Assembly: GCA_964448075.1 (NCBI GenBank)
Contig: CAYUUR010000002.1
Location: 222,010-286,009, forward strand
From: an uncultured Candidatus Saccharibacteria bacterium
Lineage (GTDB): Bacteria; Patescibacteriota; Saccharimonadia; Saccharimonadales; CAYUUR01
Direction: 5' to 3'
DNA length: 64,000 nt
A model generated the notes under the pieces. It was given only the letters and a program-made list of their open reading frames with translations, had not been told where the DNA came from and made no database searches. Position numbers and translations under genes: made by a program. Every line of letters starts with the position of its first letter. The stretch's first letter is position 1. Positions 19,307 through 26,173 of the stretch are shown piece by piece.

Positions 19307-20071
19307 ATGATAATGAGTGATGTGATCGTAGAAGTAAATAAACTCAAAAAGGTCTATGGCACAAAGACGGTTGTAAAGGGCATATCCTTTTCTGTCAATA
19401 AAGGGGAAATCTTTGGAATTTTGGGTCCTAACGGCGCCGGCAAGACGACTACGCTAGAAATGATCGAGACAATGCGTCCGATTGATAGTGGCACAGTCAT
19501 GCTTAACGGTATAGATGTAGCCAAAAAGCCCGAGGCTGTTAAGCAGATTATCGGCGTGCAGTTGCAGAGTTCGGCATTCATGGATAATCTCAACCTTACT
19601 GAGCTTTTGACAATGTTCGCGGCTTTTTATCATGAAAAATCACACCCAGCAAAACTACTCAAGCAAGTTCAGCTCACCGATAAGTCAAAAAGCATGTTCA
19701 AAACACTCTCTGGTGGCCAGAAACAACGCTTCAGTATTGCCACTGCACTCGTAAATAAGCCGAGGGTGCTGTTCCTTGATGAACCAACTACTGGCCTTGA
19801 CCCACAAGCAAGGCGTAACCTTTGGGAGCTCATCCAATCTATTCGTGATAAGGGCATAACGGTGATTATGACTTCACACTATATGGAAGAAGCACAGTTA
19901 TTGTGCGATCGAGTTGCTATTATGGATGGCGGCAAAATTATTGCCCTGGACTCGCCAGATAACCTCATTAAACAGTTGCTCAACAAAGGCTTCAAAAAAG
20001 CCAAACATGTCGAGCAGGCTGACCTGGAGGATGTTTTCATCGATCTGACAGGGAAGGATCTAAGGGATTAG
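19307..20071 (+). CDS. ABC transporter ATP-binding protein (ABC-2 exporter type)
   Basis: Walker A GPNGAGKTT, signature LSGGQKQR and Walker B VLFLDEPT. Confidence 0.9.
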   Translation: MIMSDVIVEVNKLKKVYGTKTVVKGISFSVNKGEIFGILGPNGAGKTTTLEMIETMRPIDSGTVMLNGIDVAKKPEAVKQIIGVQLQSSAFMDNLNLTELLTMFAAFYHEKSHPAKLLKQVQLTDKSKSMFKTLSGGQKQRFSIATALVNKPRVLFLDEPTTGLDPQARRNLWELIQSIRDKGITVIMTSHYMEEAQLLCDRVAIMDGGKIIALDSPDNLIKQLLNKGFKKAKHVEQADLEDVFIDLTGKDLRD

Positions 20072-20073
20072 AT

Positions 20074-21177
20074 ATGATTCAGTATTTCAATGTGATATTC
20101 CGATTAGCTCAAACCTTGACCAAGGCGTATTTCCGCGACAAGGTCGCCTTATTCTTCACTTTCATTTTTCCACTAATTTTTCTCTTGGTTTTTGGTTCGC
20201 TCAACAGTAACAACGACGGTGTTTCATTCGATGTAGCTATCATTAATGAGTCGAAGGCGCCGTTTGCTCAGCAGTTCACAGAAGAACTAAACAAGAGCGG
20301 CTCAGTTAAGGAAAAGAAAGTAGAATCTCTTGAAGATGCCAAGGAACAGATGGGGCGAGGTGAGCTCGATACGATAATCGTAATGCCGCAAGAATTTGGT
20401 ATGCCCAACCAGAACAACCAACCTGGTGGAAATTTGATTGTGTATGTTGATCCAAACAGCGTGCAGACTGGCCAGACCTTTGCCTCGATCATGGAGTCAG
20501 TCTTAAGTGATATCGAAAGCGGAATAACCGGCCAGAAACCGCTGTTTAGCGTTGAGCAAGTTTCGACTGGCAAGAATGGGCTGGAGCCGTTTGACTATGT
20601 CTTTGCAGGTTTGCTTGGGTTTTCTATTCTTTCATTAGGCTTCTTTGGTCCGACCAACAGCATTCCTAGTCAGAAAAAAGAAGGTATCTTGCGCCGTTTG
20701 CGAACCACTCCACTCAGGACTTCTCAGTATGTACTAGGCACGACACTTAACTATTTACTGGTGGGGATTATTACAATTGCGTTGTTGTTTATTGTTGGTC
20801 TAATTGTGTTTGACTTCAAAATGCAAGGAAGTTATCTGGCCTTTGCGTTGATCGCAGCCTTTGGTGTGGTGATGATGTTTGGCTTTGGTTTGGCGGTAGG
20901 CGGCTGGGCTAAGAATGAGAATCAGGCTGCGCCACTGACTAACCTGATTGCCTTTCCAATGATGTTCTTGAGTGGTGTGTTCTTCCCGCGCTTTCTGATG
21001 CCCGAATGGCTCCAAAGTATTTCTGACTTTTTGCCACTGACACCATTAATTGACGGCATCCGCAAGATTATTACCGAAGGTCAGTCACTGCTGCAGCTTG
21101 GCCCAGAGCTCGCCATCATGACCGTTTGGACGATTGTTATCTACATCATTGCTTTCCGTGTCTTCCGCTGGGAATAG
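20074..21177 (+). CDS. ABC-2 family transporter permease
   Basis: 367 aa with an N-terminal TM helix, a large extracytoplasmic loop and five C-terminal TM helices. The start lies 2 nt after the ATPase gene stop. Confidence 0.8.
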   Translation: MIQYFNVIFRLAQTLTKAYFRDKVALFFTFIFPLIFLLVFGSLNSNNDGVSFDVAIINESKAPFAQQFTEELNKSGSVKEKKVESLEDAKEQMGRGELDTIIVMPQEFGMPNQNNQPGGNLIVYVDPNSVQTGQTFASIMESVLSDIESGITGQKPLFSVEQVSTGKNGLEPFDYVFAGLLGFSILSLGFFGPTNSIPSQKKEGILRRLRTTPLRTSQYVLGTTLNYLLVGIITIALLFIVGLIVFDFKMQGSYLAFALIAAFGVVMMFGFGLAVGGWAKNENQAAPLTNLIAFPMMFLSGVFFPRFLMPEWLQSISDFLPLTPLIDGIRKIITEGQSLLQLGPELAIMTVWTIVIYIIAFRVFRWE

Positions 21178-21863
21178 CCACTTCTTTCTCACCAGCTAAA
21201 GCTCCCGGCCTGTTCTTTGCTTAAAGGCATGCATTAAATTTATCTTACCGAGCAAAGCTCGGCGCCCATCTCCTTTTGCTCCGCCAAAAGGAGCAAAAGC
21301 TCCCGGCAGAACAATAACAGGCCTGATCTGTTGATATTGCTCACAACGGCACGGCCAACTCACCGCAGTTTACTGCGGCTCAAACACGACCGTGCCATTA
21401 TGTTGATGATCAATACAACATCTCAATCAGGGCCTTATGCTCTATGCCGGTAACCACTCCCGGACGATCAATCTAGAATATGTACGTCCGGGAGTGGGGT
21501 CCGGGCATGAAGCAGACACCTGAGTAGATGTAGTAAAAAGGGCTGGCCCTTGGGGTTCCTTCGGGTGTTTGAGGGAATAGTTATGCCTTGACGGCATGAC
21601 TATTACCGAGTTACGAAGGCAAAGCCCGTTTTTACTACAGATACATCAAGTGTTTGATTCGGCCCGGTGGTTTTACTCCACTTTTGCCATTCAAAAGTGG
21701 GATGTGATTTGGTTCTTTGGAAAAGAACTTATTGGTTTTGGCGGACCAAAAGGAGGGGGATGACAGCTTCAGCTGACAAAAGGAATATGAATCATACTAA
21801 CCACACCTTGCTCACCCCATAAAGCTCATGCTAAACTACCCCTAATAACAAGAGAGAGTTATT
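21178..21863 (+). ncRNA. large structured non-coding element, copy A (unclassified)
   Basis: 686 nt with no ORF of 60 aa or more. It is repeated at 57408-57969 with identical blocks separated by hairpins that differ in sequence but keep their pairing. T.G wobble pairs fit the + strand only. Confidence 0.55.
21829..21837 (+). promoter_or_regulatory. extended -10 box (TGCTAAACT) of propeller operon A
   Basis: Identical in both operon copies (the second is at 57935-57943). It lies 26 nt upstream of the conserved TTG start. Confidence 0.45.
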
Positions 21864-23768
21864 TTGGGTACCAAATCGCTACTAACACACAAAAAAACCA
21901 CACTAACAATCCTAGCCCTATTAGCTAGCCTATTGCTCTCCATCCTAAATCCTTTACGAGCTAGTGCTGTAATACCAGGGACGCCAGTGGAGGGTTTCTC
22001 GGTTATTGCCAGTGGAGGAGTGTATGCAACGGCCGTAACCAACGACGGTACGCTATATATTGGTGGATACTTCACCTTAGTTGATGACACTGAGTTACCA
22101 GATTATCGAACATTAGTCAGGATTTTACCCAACGGCGAGGTTGACAATAGTTTTGATGTCGGTATCGATAACCAAGTCACTACGCTTGAAGTTTCTCCAG
22201 ACGGAGAGACTCTGTTTGTCGGAGGATTCTTTAATGAGGCCACCGGGTCGAATGGAACTTTTGACAGGCGCAACCTAGTATCCTTCTCTACGGACGATGG
22301 CGTAGTAACAGCCTTTGATCCAAGACCAAGTGGCTACGTTCATAATCTTGAAATAAACGCAGCTGGAACGACAGTGTATGTTGCAGGGGAGTTTACAACT
22401 GTAAACAGCCCATTCGTCACACGCAATCGTTTAGCCGCTTTCGATACGAGCACTGGCGTTGTATCAGCTTTTAACCCCAATCTAGGAACGCGTTCATATG
22501 CACTGGCTCTCGATGAAGCGAATAATACTCTTTATGTGGGCGGCCAGTTTGTTACCGTTAATGGAGGCACGACGCGGAGGCGTTTGGCTGCCTTTAACAC
22601 TTCCACTGGCACAGCAACAGCATTTAATCCAAACATAGACAGTTCGGTCGTTACAGCGAGCTCAAGCAATATTGTATACTCGCTGCTCTATGACGATGAT
22701 AGCGGTCTGTTATACGTAGGCGGCAGTTTTACTACCGTAAACGGTGGAACTGTTCGTAACCGCCTCGCTGCTCTTAGTACTTCTACTGGTACCGCAACCG
22801 CTTTTGACCCTAACCTAGGTGCTCAAGTAGAAGATCTAGCACTTGATACCAACGATCAGGTTTTATATGCCTCAGGTACTTTCACTACCGTAAACGGCGG
22901 GACAGTTCGCAATCGTCTTGCTGCGTTCGATACGACTACAGCCACAGCGACGTCTTTTGACCCTAACCCAGATAGCCCATTGTATGCTTTGTCGTTTGAT
23001 TTGCCACGGAAGGCTTTATACACTGGCGGTGACTTTACGCAAATTGGCGGCATTGCACGTAACGGCCTTGCCGCCTTCCAAGACCCCGACCTAGACAACG
23101 ACGGCACCCCCAACACAGAAGAACAAGCTGCCCCAAACAATGGTGACGCCAACAACGACTCTATCCCAGACTCCCAACAAGCCAACGTCACCTCCATCCT
23201 CAACACCGACTCTAATGAATACGTCACCATTGTTTCTCCCTCTGGCACCACGCTCTCTACCACCACAGCAGAAGCCGCCCCCACTGAAGCAGGCTTCACC
23301 CATCTCTTTGGCCTCACTGGCTTCACTATCTCTGGTGTAACTCCCGGAGACACTATAGAAGTATCACTCTTCTATCCCAACCCAAACAACCTAGACCCAA
23401 CTGACCTAACCCCCAAGAAATACTTCCCATCCACCACCAGCTACCAAGACCTCCCAACCACTGCCCCCACTAACACCACCATCACAGAACAAACCATAGA
23501 CGGACAACCAACCTTGAACCTCACATACAACCTCACAGACGGAGGAGACTACGACCTAGACAACACAGCAGACGGACAAATCACAGATCCAGTGTCTCTA
23601 GCTTCCACTAACCCTACTACGACAACAGAAACCACCAACACCTCCACATCCAACCAAGACACCCTCGCCGAGACCGGACAGAGCCAAACCATGATCCTCA
23701 TCACCTCCATGCTCCTAGTTAGCCTAGCTACCACCGCCTACACCTACAGGAAGAGACAGGACATATGA
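21864..23768 (+). CDS. LAETG-anchored surface protein, DUF5122/delta-60-type beta-propeller repeats
   Basis: TTG start and signal peptide ...LNPLRASA. About 9 repeats fit the form LYVGGxFTTVNGGTxRxRLAAFxTSTGTATAFNPN. An acidic DLDNDGTPN..NNGDANNDSIPD stretch follows. The C-terminus is LAETG + hydrophobic + RKRQDI. Confidence 0.85.
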   Translation: MGTKSLLTHKKTTLTILALLASLLLSILNPLRASAVIPGTPVEGFSVIASGGVYATAVTNDGTLYIGGYFTLVDDTELPDYRTLVRILPNGEVDNSFDVGIDNQVTTLEVSPDGETLFVGGFFNEATGSNGTFDRRNLVSFSTDDGVVTAFDPRPSGYVHNLEINAAGTTVYVAGEFTTVNSPFVTRNRLAAFDTSTGVVSAFNPNLGTRSYALALDEANNTLYVGGQFVTVNGGTTRRRLAAFNTSTGTATAFNPNIDSSVVTASSSNIVYSLLYDDDSGLLYVGGSFTTVNGGTVRNRLAALSTSTGTATAFDPNLGAQVEDLALDTNDQVLYASGTFTTVNGGTVRNRLAAFDTTTATATSFDPNPDSPLYALSFDLPRKALYTGGDFTQIGGIARNGLAAFQDPDLDNDGTPNTEEQAAPNNGDANNDSIPDSQQANVTSILNTDSNEYVTIVSPSGTTLSTTTAEAAPTEAGFTHLFGLTGFTISGVTPGDTIEVSLFYPNPNNLDPTDLTPKKYFPSTTSYQDLPTTAPTNTTITEQTIDGQPTLNLTYNLTDGGDYDLDNTADGQITDPVSLASTNPTTTTETTNTSTSNQDTLAETGQSQTMILITSMLLVSLATTAYTYRKRQDI

Positions 23769-25762
23769 AATACTTAACGCAACACCTTAGAAACCTGAGT
23801 CTCATTAGCCTTGTTTTGATTTTAGTGATTATGGCGGTTTATCCGGTGTCATTACAGGCAGAGGAGACAGAAGAGGGCTACGGTTACACCTATACATTCG
23901 GAAGCACTGGTGCAGAATTGGCTTATTCTGTAGTAAATGATCAGGACGATAATGTATATTTGATCGGGTATTTCAACGGAACGATAGATTTTGACCCCTC
24001 AGGCGCTGTCGATAATCATACATCTGCCGGTGGTAACGATATCTTCCTAACAAGAATCAACGCTGATGGCACTTACGGCTACACCAAAGTAATCGGCAGC
24101 ACAGGAAGTGACTTTGCGCGTTTTGGTGCGATTGATGACGATGGCAATATATACATAACAGGAGTGTTTAACGGCACCGTAGACTTTGATCCAAATGCTG
24201 GAACAGACAATCAGACCGCACCTGTAGCAAGTTCTATGTTCTTGACCAAGATCACTCCAGACGGCACCTATGTCTGGACTAAGACCATGGGCGGAACGGG
24301 TTCAGCAAGCATTATTGCTGTTACTGCAGACTCAAGCGGAAACTCTTTTCTAACAGGCTACTTTCGTGACACCGTAGACTTTGAGCCAGGTGCTGGTACA
24401 GACAATAAAACCTCTGCCGGCAACACAGATATATTTCTGACTAAAATCAACGCCGATGGCACATATGGCTATACCAAAATAATAGGCAATACTAGTTATG
24501 ATGAGTCTTACTCGGTCACCACAGATGTTGCCGGTAACGTGTACTTTGCCGGTTATTTTACAGGTACCGTAGACTTTGATCCTAGTGGAGGCACAGACAA
24601 CCAGGCCGGGTCTGGTCAGGATGGTTACGTAACGCGCATTAATGCCGATGGCTCATATGGTTGGACGAAAAGATTCGGCGGCGCTACCACCGACAGTGGT
24701 CGATCAGTAACTGTAGATCCGAGTGGCAACATTTATGTAAGCGGCAGTTTTACGGGTACTGCGGATCTTGATTTTAGTGCAGGCACAGATAATCGCACTT
24801 CAGTAGGTGGAAATGATATGTTTTTCGTTAAAATTAACGCCGACGGCAGCTATGGATATGGTAAAACAATGGGCGGCATAGGAGGTGAAGGGTCGCTTTT
24901 TCTCTATCACGATACGGACAGTAATGTATATATAGTCGGTAGTTTTACTGACACAGTTGACTTTAATATCGGCGGCGCTGCAGACAACAAAACCTCTGCC
25001 GGCGGTACGGATATGTATATAACCAAAATCAACGCTGATGGTAGCTATGGTAACACTAAGACATTTGGTGGCACCGGCAATGATCAAATAAGGTCTGTAG
25101 CAATTACTTCTGACGCCAGTACCTACTTAACAGGAAACTTCAATGCCACCGTCGACTTCGACCCCACCCCCGCCACAGACAATAAAACCTCCGCTGGCAG
25201 TTCCGACGCCTTCCTCACCAAACTCACCCAAACCACCTACCAACAAATCACCAACCTAGATCCCTCCCTAGCAGCTAAAACACTCACTGACACCGACGCC
25301 ACAGACAACACTATACAAAACGGTACGAGTGCTACCATACGCCTGTCGCTGAGTGACACCACTCCCATCGCCGACGTCACCACCACCTTCACCACTGACC
25401 TCAACTGGTCCACCGTGACCGCCGACTCTAACCTCACCACCGGCACTGCCTTTGCCCACAACCTCACAGCTGCAGACGGTACTGCTGGCACCTTCACGCT
25501 TTATGTCCCCAAACTCCCGAACCACACGAGAGTAGGTATCTGTCCTGGAGCTAGCTCCCTAGCAGCAACAACAGAACAATGCGAAGGACTGTACTACCTC
25601 ACAGAAAACACAGACAACAACCTCACCACCACAACCATAGACACCCAAGACTACTGGACCATTACCGGCCTCACAGGCACCGGAGGCTTTAGTGCAGAGG
25701 CTGCAGCTACCACTACCACAACAGACAGCGATAGCTTGGCGGAGACGGGGAGAGTCAGATGA
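23765..25762 (+). CDS. LAETG surface protein, SBBP-type beta-propeller repeats; sorting-signal tail lost by frameshift
   Basis: ATGA-coupled start. About 9 repeats fit the form D..GN.Y.TG.F.GTVDFDP..GTDN.TSAG..D.FLTKINADGTYGYTK. The ORF ends LAETGRVR-stop. The hydrophobic/basic tail continues in the +2 frame to 25833. Confidence 0.8.
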   Translation: MKYLTQHLRNLSLISLVLILVIMAVYPVSLQAEETEEGYGYTYTFGSTGAELAYSVVNDQDDNVYLIGYFNGTIDFDPSGAVDNHTSAGGNDIFLTRINADGTYGYTKVIGSTGSDFARFGAIDDDGNIYITGVFNGTVDFDPNAGTDNQTAPVASSMFLTKITPDGTYVWTKTMGGTGSASIIAVTADSSGNSFLTGYFRDTVDFEPGAGTDNKTSAGNTDIFLTKINADGTYGYTKIIGNTSYDESYSVTTDVAGNVYFAGYFTGTVDFDPSGGTDNQAGSGQDGYVTRINADGSYGWTKRFGGATTDSGRSVTVDPSGNIYVSGSFTGTADLDFSAGTDNRTSVGGNDMFFVKINADGSYGYGKTMGGIGGEGSLFLYHDTDSNVYIVGSFTDTVDFNIGGAADNKTSAGGTDMYITKINADGSYGNTKTFGGTGNDQIRSVAITSDASTYLTGNFNATVDFDPTPATDNKTSAGSSDAFLTKLTQTTYQQITNLDPSLAAKTLTDTDATDNTIQNGTSATIRLSLSDTTPIADVTTTFTTDLNWSTVTADSNLTTGTAFAHNLTAADGTAGTFTLYVPKLPNHTRVGICPGASSLAATTEQCEGLYYLTENTDNNLTTTTIDTQDYWTITGLTGTGGFSAEAAATTTTTDSDSLAETGRVR

Positions 25763-25833
25763 TTATACTTTTGGCAGCTTGCGGGATTATTGGTTTGGGC
25801 GTTATGATGCGTCGCAGGTATGGGCGAGCATAA
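25747..25833 (+). other. detached sortase-signal tail (G)ESQMIILLAACGIIGLGVMMRRRYGRA in alternate frame
   Basis: Hand translation of the +2 frame starting in the G-run at 25747-25750. The paralogue at 63150 has GGGGG where this gene has GGGG. Confidence 0.7.
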
Positions 25834-26173
25834 ACCACGGGCAGAACTACTCGAGAACGTTGCGGCGTTTGCTGAGAAAATTACGGTTGGAGCTGACTAC
25901 CAGCATTTTCGAAATGGAATTATCTATCGAGTCCTTGGCTTCACGACCTTTGAAGAAGATGATAGTGTCTTAGTGCGCTACTGTCCGGTTGACGACCCCG
26001 AGTTGGAGGGCTCAAGACGTGCGGATGTTTGGCTGGACCAAGTTGAACACGAGGGCAGAATAACAGCAAGATTTACACTACTGCAGGCGGCGGCGGACGA
26101 GCTCGGCGGAGATGAGGCAGACAGGCAAGCCAATGCCTGGGTGGACATTGGCGCCGACATAGTAGAGCCCTGA
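25820..26173 (+). CDS. DUF1653-like small protein
   Basis: 117 aa. YQHFRNGIIYRVLGFTTFEEDDSVLVRY...ARFTLL fits my recollection of the DUF1653 pattern. The last 96 nt overlap the convergent crtI 3' end. Confidence 0.45.
   Translation: MGEHKPRAELLENVAAFAEKITVGADYQHFRNGIIYRVLGFTTFEEDDSVLVRYCPVDDPELEGSRRADVWLDQVEHEGRITARFTLLQAAADELGGDEADRQANAWVDIGADIVEP

Noticed and set aside
23061-23450. A diversity-generating retroelement (template/variable repeat pair) as the explanation for the near-identical tract shared with 59212-59600. DGRs are common in CPR.
   Set aside because: The mismatches between the copies are mostly C/T and G/A transitions at mixed positions, not adenine-specific. The tract is in the middle of the genes rather than at a C-terminal lectin fold. 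No reverse transcriptase is in the window. Gene conversion fits better.
25692-25973. The 93-aa ORF overlapping the end of the SBBP propeller gene.
   Set aside because: It is an out-of-frame reading (+1) of the gene's 3' end, different from the +2 frame that carries the displaced sorting-signal tail (25747-25833). It has no start context and overlaps the DUF1653-like ORF.
25820-26173. The 96-nt convergent overlap between the DUF1653-like ORF and the crtI 3' end, and the 75-nt overlap of 15766..16302 with the mur ligase, as evidence for antisense regulation.
   Set aside because: The overlaps are real in the sequence. They could simply reflect uncertain C-termini of weakly supported small ORFs in a compact genome. 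Nothing else points to a regulatory role.
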